From positions 5,490,001-5,522,000 of the forward strand of contig LT962688.1 of the NCBI GenBank assembly GCA_900234795.1: a DNA stretch of 32,000 nt. The letters are read 5' to 3'. Numbering within the stretch: the first letter of the stretch is position 1; each line of letters starts with the position of its first letter. This DNA comes from Methylorubrum extorquens. Its GTDB lineage: Bacteria > Pseudomonadota > Alphaproteobacteria > Rhizobiales > Beijerinckiaceae. Both the position numbers and the translations under genes were made by a program. The notes below the pieces were generated by a model. That model did not search any database. It was given only the letters and a program-made list of their open reading frames with translations, and was not told where the DNA came from. This document shows positions 17,003-24,780 of this stretch, piece by piece.

Positions 17003-17254
17003 GGTTACTGATGTACGGTCCCGGCATGTGGTGTGAAGGATCGAGCCTGAAGCGTTCGGGCTCTTTCGTCCAGGTCTGGCAGATGAACTCGTAGGGCGTG
17101 AGACCGCGCAGGGTCTTGAGCCGGCGGCCGTAGTTATAGGCGTCGACGAACAGCTGCAGGTGCTGCCGCAACTCGTCATGGCTGGTGTAATGGTAGCGCT
17201 TGACCGTGGCGTCCTTGATGGTGCGGTTCATCCGCTCGACTTGGCCATTATCCG
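17003..17254 (-). pseudogene. IS481-family transposase, C-terminal piece (separated from the rest by the IS110 insertion)
   Basis: DNGQVERMNRTIKDATVKRYHYTSHDELRQHLQLFVDAYNYGRRLKTLRGLTPYEFICQTWTKEPERFRLDPSHHMPG is the typical C-terminal part of an IS481 (rve) transposase. Confidence 0.75.
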
Positions 17255-18835
17255 GCATGATGACCCTCGGTGCCGTCGCGTTCCGCTGATCTTCGGATCG
17301 GCGCTATGGTGAGCCCATCCGGGACACGGGGCACCGGGAGCACGTGAGTGCGGGCAGGCCGACCCTTAGACGATGGGCTGCGAGCCCGAGCCGTTATCTG
17401 GCCGCCCCTGCGGCTCGCCCGGATGCGCTGCGAGCGCGGATCCGTAGTTGCCGTGTTGCCCGCCAGCTCCCGTAATCGAGACGAGGAGACAGGCTCATGC
17501 GGGTTGTGGGATTGGACATCCACCGCGTTTTCGCCGAGGCGGTGATGCTCGAGAACGGCGCGGTCCGGCGTCTTGGTCGGATCGGCATGACGCGCGATCA
17601 CCTGACGGCGTTCGCCAAGACGCTGACGCACGACGATCATGTCGTGGTCGAGGCGACCGGCAACGCCAGCGCGGTCGCGGAGGTGATCCGGCCGCATGTC
17701 GGCCGGGTGGTGATCGCCAACCCGCGCCAGGTGCGGCTGATCGCCGAGGCGCGGATCAAGACCGACGTCATCGACGCGACCGTGCTGGCGCGGCTCTATG
17801 CCAGTGGCTTTCTGCCGGAGGTCTGGATCCCGGACGAGGCAACGCTTGCGCTCCGGCGCCAAGTCACACGCCGCACCCAAATCGTCCGGCAGCGGACGCG
17901 GCTGAAGACGATGGTGCAGTCGATCCTGCATTCGCATCTCGTGCCGCCCTGTCCCCACGCCGATCTGTTCGGGCCGCGGGGACGGACCTGGCTGCTGGCA
18001 CAGCCGCTGCCCGGCGACGAGAGCGATGCCGTCGCCCGGCACCTGCGCGAGTACGACCGGCTGAGTGAGGACGTGAAGGTCGTCGAGCGTGAACTGGCGC
18101 GCGAGGCCCGCGCCAACGCGAACGTCATGCGGCTGATGACGATCCCAGGCATCGACCTGGTGGTCGCCGTCGGGCTGATCGCCGCCATCGGACCCGTGGC
18201 GCGGTTCGCCGGCCCGGATCGGCTCGTAGCCTATCTCGGGCTGAACCCGAGCGTGCATCAGTCCGGATCCTGCAAGCCGCGGCATGGACGCATCACCAAG
18301 CAAGGGCGCAGCCACGCCCGCACGATGTTGGTCGAGGCGGCCTGGCAGGCCGTGCGGGGGCCCGGTCCACTGCGCGCCTTCTTCCAGCGCGTGTCGGCGC
18401 GGCGTGGGCCTCACGTCGCGGCCGTGGCGGTCGCACGCAAGCTGGCGGTGATCATCTGGCACCTGCTCACACGGGGTGAGGACTACGCCTGGGTGCGTCC
18501 TGCGCTCCACGCCAAGAAGCTGCGGGAACTGGAGCTGCGCTCGGGCGAGCCGGCACGGCGTGGTCAGCGCGGAACAGCCTACGCCTACAACCTGACCCGC
18601 GTCCGGCAAGAGGAGCGGCGGCGTGTCGAGCAGGCGGAGGTCGCCTACCGACACCTGACCGAGGGCTGGAGCCGGCGTGGGCGGCGAGTACCCACGGGCG
18701 CCGCAATGGAGGAGCGACTATGAAGACGGCGCGGCCGGGCTTGCACCTCGAACCCGGCTCTTCGTCACGCGGTCGCCCGTAGGTGGCAACAAAACAGCAC
18801 GATCCACGCAGAAAGGGGCTGTTCAACCTCATCCG
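17255..18835 (+). mobile_element. IS110-family insertion sequence (1581 bp) inserted into the IS481 transposase gene
   Basis: The pentanucleotide ATCCG is present at both junctions (17250-17254 and 18831-18835). Deleting 17255..18835 rejoins the IS481 ORF in frame (…HRLTKPRSPWTTDNGQVERMNRTIK…). The left non-coding end is 242 bp and the right end 112 bp (18724-18835). Confidence 0.8.
17497..18723 (+). CDS. IS110-family transposase, 408 aa
   Basis: The N-terminus is MRVVGLDIHRVFAEAVMLENG...VVVEATGN...KTDVIDA. The C-terminal domain is LMTIPGIDLVVAVGLIAAIGPVARFAGPDRLVAYLGLNPSVHQSGSCKPRHGRITKQGRSHAR. Confidence 0.9.
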   Translation: MRVVGLDIHRVFAEAVMLENGAVRRLGRIGMTRDHLTAFAKTLTHDDHVVVEATGNASAVAEVIRPHVGRVVIANPRQVRLIAEARIKTDVIDATVLARLYASGFLPEVWIPDEATLALRRQVTRRTQIVRQRTRLKTMVQSILHSHLVPPCPHADLFGPRGRTWLLAQPLPGDESDAVARHLREYDRLSEDVKVVERELAREARANANVMRLMTIPGIDLVVAVGLIAAIGPVARFAGPDRLVAYLGLNPSVHQSGSCKPRHGRITKQGRSHARTMLVEAAWQAVRGPGPLRAFFQRVSARRGPHVAAVAVARKLAVIIWHLLTRGEDYAWVRPALHAKKLRELELRSGEPARRGQRGTAYAYNLTRVRQEERRRVEQAEVAYRHLTEGWSRRGRRVPTGAAMEERL

Positions 18836-18923
18836 TCGTCCATGGGCTGCGCGGCTTGGTGAGGCGATGCCCGATCTTGGTCTGCTCGCAGGCCCACTCA
18901 AACGAGTGCCAGCGGTAGATGCG
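18836..18923 (-). pseudogene. IS481-family transposase, internal piece upstream of the IS110 insertion (5'-truncated)
   Basis: RIYRWHSFEWACEQTKIGHRLTKPRSPWTT matches the R-x-F/Y-R-x-H-x-F-D/E-x-AC-x4-I-x-HRLTKP-x2-PWT segment preceding NGQVERMNR. The upstream boundary is uncertain (between about 18923 and 18975). Confidence 0.55.
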
Positions 18924-19290
18924 CGGCCGGTCCTGGGTCGCCCAATAGGCGGCCGCCTTGGCCTCGGCTGTTGAACTCGCTGAAGGAAGACAGCGGCACG
19001 AGGCAGCGGTGCTCCGGCCTGAGCCAGCGGCGCCAGTGCGGCGAGCCCGTATTGCGCACGTTGGTGACGCCGGGATTGACCCGCTTGCCCTCCAGCGCGA
19101 AGGCGGGCGAAGGCATGCCCCAGCGGTACATCGACAGCACGCACCGCCCGTCGGCGACATGGACGATCGGGGCGGAGGTGTTCGGGAAGTTGCCAGGTAG
19201 CGGCGGCAGGTTGCCGGTGCGGTCGATGTCGATCCGAAAGGCGCGCCGGATCTCGTCCTGGCTCTTCGTCAGGCTGTAGAGGTTGCACAC
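18924..19290 (-). pseudogene. SRAP (SOS response-associated peptidase, YedK-like) gene, 3'-truncated and frameshifted
   Basis: A GTG start is followed by Cys2: VCNLYSLTKSQDEIRRAFRIDIDRTGNLPPLPGNFPNTSAPIV...MYRWGMPSP...VTNVRNTGSPHWRRWLRPEHRCLVPLSSFSEF. The frame is lost near 18965-18975 and the C-terminal half of the family (…HPKAMPVIL…) is absent. Confidence 0.7.
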
Positions 19291-19457
19291 GGCACGAGCA
19301 TAGACGAAGCCGTCACGCTCGCGCGACCGGCAGTTCCTCCACCCGCGTCGTGTAGCGCGGCGTGCGCATCTCGAACTTCGTCGCCCAGTCTCGTCGCTGC
19401 CGCTCCAGCCCGGCTCGCGCCGGCACCACAGCGCCGCGTCCCCAGCACGCGTTGCAG

Positions 19458-20036
19458 TCATGCCAGCACGACGGATCTCGCCAGAGCCACGTCAAGATGA
19501 ACCGGGTTATGCAGTGTGTTCGCAACCGGCGACCATAGAACCGTGTGCTTGACGAGCGTCGCCAGGGCTTTTCGGGAAGCATCCGCGTCAACTTTCACGG
19601 AGACGCGGATGCTCTCGAACCCAATCGTCTTGGGATGGAGGTCGCCGCTGCCCCAGAGTGACGTCATGTTGATGTCGGCCTCGACATTGAGTTCCAGAGA
19701 CCGAATCGGAATGCCTTGTGCCAAGGCGTTGGCGTGGATGCCGATGGAAAGGCAGGACCCCAGGGCAGCGAGCAAAGCCTCGGAGGCGTTCGGCGCAACG
19801 CTTTCACCCAGTAGACCCTCCGGCTCGTCTTCCATCACTGGCTGCGGCGGCAGGCCCCGGATGTAGTTGAGTTGGTTGAGGCGACCCTGTGCCACCGTCT
19901 TGCACCGCAGGATCCGGACGGCCGCCGGATCTGGTTTACCTTCTGCGATCACCGGGTCTAGCGAAGGCTTGTCGGTGGGCGTCGGCGCCATGCCGCCTGG
20001 CTTCAAAGGTGGTCGTGACATGAAACTCCCTTTCAT
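19458..20036 (-). CDS. OsmC/Ohr-family protein
   Basis: NASEALLAALGSCLSIGIHANALAQGIPIRSLELNVEADINM...FESIRVSVKVDADASRKALATLVKHTVLWSPVANTL follows the OsmC fold pattern. The N-terminal ~60 aa are an unusual extension, so the true start could be an internal Met. Confidence 0.75.
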   Translation of the reverse strand: MKGSFMSRPPLKPGGMAPTPTDKPSLDPVIAEGKPDPAAVRILRCKTVAQGRLNQLNYIRGLPPQPVMEDEPEGLLGESVAPNASEALLAALGSCLSIGIHANALAQGIPIRSLELNVEADINMTSLWGSGDLHPKTIGFESIRVSVKVDADASRKALATLVKHTVLWSPVANTLHNPVHLDVALARSVVLA

Positions 20037-20126
20037 ACGGAGAGCCAGCGCCGAACATTTTGACTGGCGAAAATGTTTTTGGCGTGGTTATTTCATCAAA
20101 GGATTATAGGCTTTGCCGAAGTAAAA

Positions 20127-20143
20127 TCAGCTTTAAAGGCTGA
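20127..20143. promoter_or_regulatory. palindrome TCAGC-N7-GCTGA in the OsmC/LysR divergent intergenic region (candidate LysR-type binding site)
   Basis: TCAGCTTTAAAGGCTGA lies 35 bp upstream of the LysR start and 91 bp upstream of the OsmC-like start. It has the AT-rich centre typical of T-N11-A-type boxes. Confidence 0.3.
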
Positions 20144-20177
20144 CGATGAGAGGCGCATAATTGGGTGCAGGTAATGG

Positions 20178-21104
20178 ATGCTTGACTGGGATGATCTGAG
20201 ATTTTTCCTCACGCTTGCCCGGCACGGCACGCTTTCGGCTGCCGCCAAGGTGCTACATGTTTCGCAATCAACAGTCGGGCGCCGCCTGAACTCGTTGGAG
20301 ACGGCTCTCGCCGTCCGTCTTCTCAACCGTACGCCCGACGGCTACGTCCTGACCTTGGCCGGCGAGGAGGTGCGTCGGAAGGCAGAGCACCTCGAAGCAG
20401 AAGCCTTGGCCCTAGAACGCGACGTCACCGGTCGCGACACCCGACTTCGCGGCCTCGTACGCGTCACCTGCGCCGAAACACTGGCCGCTCATATCCTCGC
20501 GCCGAGCTTCGCCAAGCTCCATGCTTCGCATCCCGACATCATGATCGAGCTCATCCCCAATCCGCGGGAACTCAGCTTGGCGATGCGCGAGGCCGACATC
20601 GCCCTGAGGATGAGGCAACCCGAACAGCACGACCTCGTGGTACGGCGCATCGGCAACATCGCGTTCGGGATCTACGCAACTCCCGATTATCTGCGAGACC
20701 AAGGCGCGTTGGACTTCGAGGCTGGTTGCGCGGGGCACCACCTAATCACGCAGCTTGACGATACCCAGGAGATGACTCAGTCCGCTTGGCTCACGGATCT
20801 TGCGTCGCGCGCGACGGTGGTCCTGCAGACGAGCAGCCACGAGGCGGCGGCGCTTGCCGCCGCCAGTGGAGGCGGCTTGGCGTGCCTGGCATGCTTCAGG
20901 GGCGACGGCGAACCGAGGCTGACGCGCGTTCCGGCGCCGACCGCTCCCCCGAGTGCTGACATCCTGCTGCTGGTCCATCGGGACAATCGGGATACACCGC
21001 GCATCCGGGTGGTGCTGACTCACATCACGGACACCATCCATGAACTCGCGGCAATCCTTCAGCCCGGCGACGGGGTTGGCTCGGATGCGCGCGCCGCGGG
21101 TTGA
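20178..21104 (+). CDS. LysR-family transcriptional regulator
   Basis: The N-terminal HTH is MLDWDDLRFFLTLARHGTLSAAAKVLHVSQSTVGRRLNSLETALAVRLLNRTPDGYVLTLAGEE. It has a C-terminal substrate-binding domain of typical length (308 aa). Confidence 0.9.
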   Translation: MLDWDDLRFFLTLARHGTLSAAAKVLHVSQSTVGRRLNSLETALAVRLLNRTPDGYVLTLAGEEVRRKAEHLEAEALALERDVTGRDTRLRGLVRVTCAETLAAHILAPSFAKLHASHPDIMIELIPNPRELSLAMREADIALRMRQPEQHDLVVRRIGNIAFGIYATPDYLRDQGALDFEAGCAGHHLITQLDDTQEMTQSAWLTDLASRATVVLQTSSHEAAALAAASGGGLACLACFRGDGEPRLTRVPAPTAPPSADILLLVHRDNRDTPRIRVVLTHITDTIHELAAILQPGDGVGSDARAAG

Positions 21105-21134
21105 TCCTCCGACAAAGCGTGACCGTAGACGCTG

Positions 21135-21485
21135 TCAGATGAGATCAGCAAATGACCGGTTGGACCAAGCCAGCAACGTGGCCGGCCGAGCCGAGGCCGG
21201 ACGTGGCGCACCCTTAACGGGCTTGGTGCGCCTCGGTCCTGTAGCTGTCCTGGTTTGGCGCCCCGGCTTCTCCGGCCCACCGACGGCATCGAATTCGAAC
21301 AATAGGCGCTCTCCAGCCTCGTCGGAGATCCAGCCGTCTTTCGACCATCCGATAAAGCGCCCCGAATAGGCATAGACCTCGTCATCAACGATGTATGCTG
21401 CGGGCCTTCCGTCCCAGAGGTAGATTGAATGCCCATCTTGGCAGAAGGCAGCTTCGCGGCCCCGGCGATCGAAAAGTTCTATCAC
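21135..21485 (-). CDS. 4-fold beta flower domain protein (116 aa)
   Basis: GTG at 21485 is preceded by AGGGAG. IELFDRRGREAAFCQDGHSIYLWDGRPAAYIVDDEVYAYSGRFIGWSKDGWISDEAGERLLF shows repeated short beta-hairpin motifs, followed by a Pro/Arg/Lys-rich tail ending WSNRSFADLI. The family assignment is from memory. Confidence 0.5.
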   Translation of the reverse strand: MIELFDRRGREAAFCQDGHSIYLWDGRPAAYIVDDEVYAYSGRFIGWSKDGWISDEAGERLLFEFDAVGGPEKPGRQTRTATGPRRTKPVKGAPRPASARPATLLAWSNRSFADLI

Positions 21486-21562
21486 GTCAGATCTCCCTGA
21501 GTTTGCGGTGGGGACGTATCGCCCAGCTACGCTCCCGCTGCGTCGCGAGGGCGCCGCTGGGT

Positions 21563-21973
21563 TCAAGCGTCTGGTGCAAGGATCCAAGATCCAGATCGTA
21601 CGATGACGAAGGCACTTGAGATCAGGAGCGCCATTCCGAAGGCGACATGAGCTGCGACCTCCGGCTCGAAGCCTCCCATGGCGCCGGTGGTCATCGAGGG
21701 AACGATGTCCGTCTGTATGAGCCACGGCGACGCGATGATCCACGGCCCCAGCGCCAGGGCGGACCACTCCGCCCATACATGGCGGCCGCGCTTGTTCATG
21801 ATTGCCAGGATCGACACCGCTATGCCGCAGAGCAGCGCGTTCGTGGTTGCTGGAACGTTGTCCGAGAACGACAGGAAGAACGGCGATGCGGCGATAAGGG
21901 CGCCTATGGCAGCGACGAAGCCGTTCAAGGCCCGGCCCATCCTGTCTTCGGCAACCTCCTTCACGTTGGACAT
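21563..21973 (-). CDS. SPW-repeat membrane protein
   Basis: 136 aa with four predicted TM segments, including ...AASPFFL... and ...GPWIIASPWLIQ..., the SPW motif at helix ends. Confidence 0.6.
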   Translation of the reverse strand: MSNVKEVAEDRMGRALNGFVAAIGALIAASPFFLSFSDNVPATTNALLCGIAVSILAIMNKRGRHVWAEWSALALGPWIIASPWLIQTDIVPSMTTGAMGGFEPEVAAHVAFGMALLISSAFVIVRSGSWILAPDA

Positions 21974-22256
21974 GTGATGGATCCTCTACCGTTTGAGCGA
22001 CATGCCGGACATGCGGCCCATGGTATGCAAATGGCGGTCATGGCCGATCCTGGTGTCAGGACGCGCTCAAGATAAGATCGCATAACACTATGGTGGTGTC
22101 GGAAACGCCCAACAACAAGCTCAAGCGGACGGAAAAATCTGGATCTTGGATCGTCAAATTTGCATAACCAGATAAATTTTTGGACAATTTACTTTTTATA
22201 GGCAATGCCATAGACAGATATACCGAATTAATTTATTATTTTGGCGGATAAAGACG

Positions 22257-22589
22257 ATGAAATTCGTCCCAGTTGCGACGAGTTTGTTGGCAGTCGTAAT
22301 GCTTGCAGTAACTCCAGCGCTTGCGCTGACAGTGATCAATCAGAACAAGAGTGAACAAACCTTAACGGTTGACCGCGGGCAGGCACAGGCCGATCAGAAG
22401 ATGGCGGCAGGTGCATCGGCTGAGGTCGAGTGTAACGAGGGATGTGAGCTTCGTGTCCGAGGCTCCGGCTACGGGCGTGCAGCCGAGGCTGGTGATAAGC
22501 TCATCATCGATGACGAGGGCATGATTCCCTTCACAAGCGAGGACATCGTCACCGGGTCGGTCAAGCCCCCGACTAAGACAAAGCAGTAG
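22257..22589 (+). CDS. hypothetical secreted protein (110 aa)
   Basis: The signal peptide is MKFVPVATSLLAVVMLAVTPALA/LT. It is preceded by a strongly AT-rich stretch (22100-22256) and has two Cys in CNEGC. I recognise no family. Confidence 0.5.
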   Translation: MKFVPVATSLLAVVMLAVTPALALTVINQNKSEQTLTVDRGQAQADQKMAAGASAEVECNEGCELRVRGSGYGRAAEAGDKLIIDDEGMIPFTSEDIVTGSVKPPTKTKQ

Positions 22590-22896
22590 TATCTCGTTTC
22601 GGATTGAGCTCGGCTTCCATGCCCGTGGGAGATGTATCTTTGGACGCTGGGGACGCCTGACGCGCCCCCGGCGTCACACTGGATGCCGACACTGAGGTGA
22701 TGGATGGCGTCGTCTGGCCAACTGCGGCACATAACGCGTCAAACAACTCCGATCTCAACAATTTCGACGACGTCCAGTGCCAAGTGTAGAGGAATGAGAC
22801 TTTCGACAGCACCGGATGACATTTTCAAACTATTAACATTGAACTGTAGGCGGGTTCCAGCAATGATACCAGATCCGGGCGCTAAGGAAAATCGAC

Positions 22897-23133
22897 GTGA
22901 CTGAGGTCGATGAGCGTTGCAGCACTGTTCTGGCCGATTTTGCTACCGAGGCCGAGCGAGAGGCGACAAACTCGGGCATGGACATCCATGAATTTCAAAC
23001 TGCGCTCAAGGGCGAAACCATCACGACGCTGATACCACCCGGCTCTCACGAGACTCTGACGGCCTATGGGCTTAGGGCGACGAGCGAGATCTTGGTCCAG
23101 TACCTCATGGACGACCTTTCAGTGACGCCATGA
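22897..23133 (+). CDS. hypothetical small protein (78 aa)
   Basis: A GTG start has AAGGA 9 nt upstream. The composition is acidic and protein-like. I recognise no family. Confidence 0.35.
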   Translation: MTEVDERCSTVLADFATEAEREATNSGMDIHEFQTALKGETITTLIPPGSHETLTAYGLRATSEILVQYLMDDLSVTP

Positions 23134-23205
23134 GGCGCTTCTGCGCAGCTCCAGTCTTCGCCGGTGGCTGAAGTGAGGCATCGAGAGGCACTCCGAGGAA
23201 TCTCT

Positions 23206-23394
23206 ATGTCAGATCTAATGTCTTCCGAACGGCCCGACCCCACGACTCCCAACCCGTCACCGGCGCGCCCTCCCCAGCCCGATCAAAACCCGTTGCCTGA
23301 ACCACGGGGCCTTCCGGACTATGGACCGGAGGAAATGCCTGCATCGAACGAGCCGCTCGGAATCCCGTCCGGCTCACCACCAGAGATCGAGTGA
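23206..23394 (+). CDS. hypothetical Pro-rich small protein (62 aa)
   Basis: ATG 23206 has GAGGA 7 nt upstream. MSDLMSSERPDPTTPNPSPARPPQPDQNPLPEPRGLPDYGPEEMP... is low-complexity and I recognise no family. Confidence 0.3.
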   Translation: MSDLMSSERPDPTTPNPSPARPPQPDQNPLPEPRGLPDYGPEEMPASNEPLGIPSGSPPEIE

Positions 23395-23629
23395 CGGCAT
23401 CGTTCGATCTCGCAGTTACGCTGTGTGAACTGGAGCAACCATGAAGCCAAGCCAACGACGCTATGGGCGGGCGGCACCTGTACGGCACGAGGCATGGATC
23501 GACAGACGGTCCGCCCGAACGTCCGAGGCGATCGGGTGGGCGAGGCGCAAGGGGGCCTCGGTCCGCATCGGCAATCAACACCCCGCGCTCAATGATAACG
23601 TCAAGCAGGCTGCCGCTCTCCGCCCAGTG

Positions 23630-24175
23630 ATCTGAGTTGGAAGCTCGTCGACAGAAGCATTTGATGCTCGCGATGATATCGGCTGTTGACTTGGTCCAGA
23701 TGAACAGCTCCGGCTCTGCGTTGGTGCGATCGATGTCGTCGTGGATGGCGGCTTCCAGATCGCCCCTGGCTTGGAACATGCCGCGTTGAAGCTGTCGCTG
23801 CCAACAGTGCGAACCAGCCCTCCACAGGGGCTAGCAACGAGACTGAGGTCGGCGTGAAGTGTAGGAGCCAGCGCGGGCGCATCAGTAGCCAGTCGTGGAT
23901 CAGCTTGTTTTTGTGAGTGGCCGCGTTGTCGAGCACCAAATGCACATCGAGGCCTTCCGGCACGTTGGCCTCGACCTGATCGAGGAAGGCGCAGAACCCG
24001 ATGGAGCGGTGACGCCGGGCGCAACAGCCAATGAAGCGACCCGCCTGCACGTCTGGCACGGCGAACAGGTCGTGGGTGCCTGCCCTGCGGTAGCCGGATG
24101 ATCAAGGGATCGTACTGCCCAGCCTCGCAGCCAGGCTCTTTGTTGTAGCGAGCTCGACCACCCGCAAGTGTTGCG
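23630..24175 (-). pseudogene. IS630-family transposase remnant (N-terminally truncated, several frameshifts)
   Basis: Segments lie in three frames: ...YRRAGTHDLFAVPDVQAGRFIGCCARRHRSIGFCAFLDQVEANVPEGLDVHLVLDNAATHKNKLIHDWLLMRPRWLLHFTPTS...VEGWFALL, then ...RGMFQARGDLEAAIHDDIDRTNAEPELFIWTKSTADIIASIKCFCRR. The HTH domain is absent. Confidence 0.7.
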
Positions 24176-24325
24176 CTGCACTAATTTATGTTTCCAGCGT
24201 TTGATCGCGCCAACTCACTTCTTGGAAATAAGTTTTCTTTTATGGTTCGTTTCGCAGTCTCAAAACGTTGTTCAAGAAAGAGATCGTGCCGGCTGAGGGG
24301 CTGTTGAAAATCACAGGGGTCTGCC

Positions 24326-24595
24326 ATGCCAATCGTCGGTTATCCGGGCTGGCTGCCGGCCATCGATGCGAACACACGAAAGCACGTTTGTTTTGCAATG
24401 TCTGACGGGCGCAGGCACATCCCCTGCCGCATATCAATTAACACTCTGCGCGACTGCTTCGGTGAGGAAAATTCCGATCCGTTGGATTTGTTTGAAAGCT
24501 GCCAAGGCGAGATCGAGGACGCGGCCAGCAGAAAGTTCCTTGGCAACAACATCAGCAACGAGCTTATCGAACTTGAAGAAGGAGACTTTGATTGA
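24326..24595 (+). CDS. DUF1488-like small protein (89 aa)
   Basis: VCFAMSDGRRHIPCRISINTLRDCFGEENSDPLDLFESCQGEIEDAASRKF matches the DUF1488 pattern (V-x-F...C-x-IS-x-x-AL-x-D-x-F...F-x-x-x-R-x-x-IE-x-x-A-x-x-K). It lies in a low-GC patch. Confidence 0.5.
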   Translation: MPIVGYPGWLPAIDANTRKHVCFAMSDGRRHIPCRISINTLRDCFGEENSDPLDLFESCQGEIEDAASRKFLGNNISNELIELEEGDFD

Positions 24596-24780
24596 GCTAC
24601 TAACATTGCGTAATAAAGGATTTAAAAAATTGCTATACTTTCAAAATTGCCGCAGCAGTAGCCATGGTGATCAGTATGCCAGCTCTCGCGCAAATTATCG
24701 CCGTTCCTCCGATCGGTTCGGACAACGACGTGTCGAAATGGCCTGCCCCCTGAAAAGTGGTCCTCCCTGATGTATGGCTT

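Noticed and set aside
17311-17447. Bridge-RNA-style guide matches in the leader of the second IS110 element (CCCATCCGG at 17314-17322 and GGATCCGTAG at 17438-17447 versus the ATCCG junctions).
   Set aside because: The matches are only 6-7 nt, are centred on the shared ATCCG itself, and do not follow the expected target-then-donor order. They are not distinguishable from chance. Only the 8/9 match at 17390-17398 is mentioned, as weak evidence.
17248-18654. 468-aa ORF on the minus strand. Similar long ORFs occur at 25903..26727, 27355..27975, 27383..28081, 18467..19288 and 6570..7037.
   Set aside because: They lie antisense to, or out of frame with, genes that have clear family signatures (IS110, IS1182 and napA). 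Their translations are Arg/Pro/Gly/Ala-rich low-complexity strings, typical of spurious ORFs in high-GC DNA.
24664-24753. 29-codon ORF with a signal-peptide-like start (MVISMPALAQIIAVPPIGSDNDVSKWPAP).
   Set aside because: It is too short, has no upstream Shine-Dalgarno and no in-frame start that would include the preceding hydrophobic residues. It lies directly beside the IS3 end.
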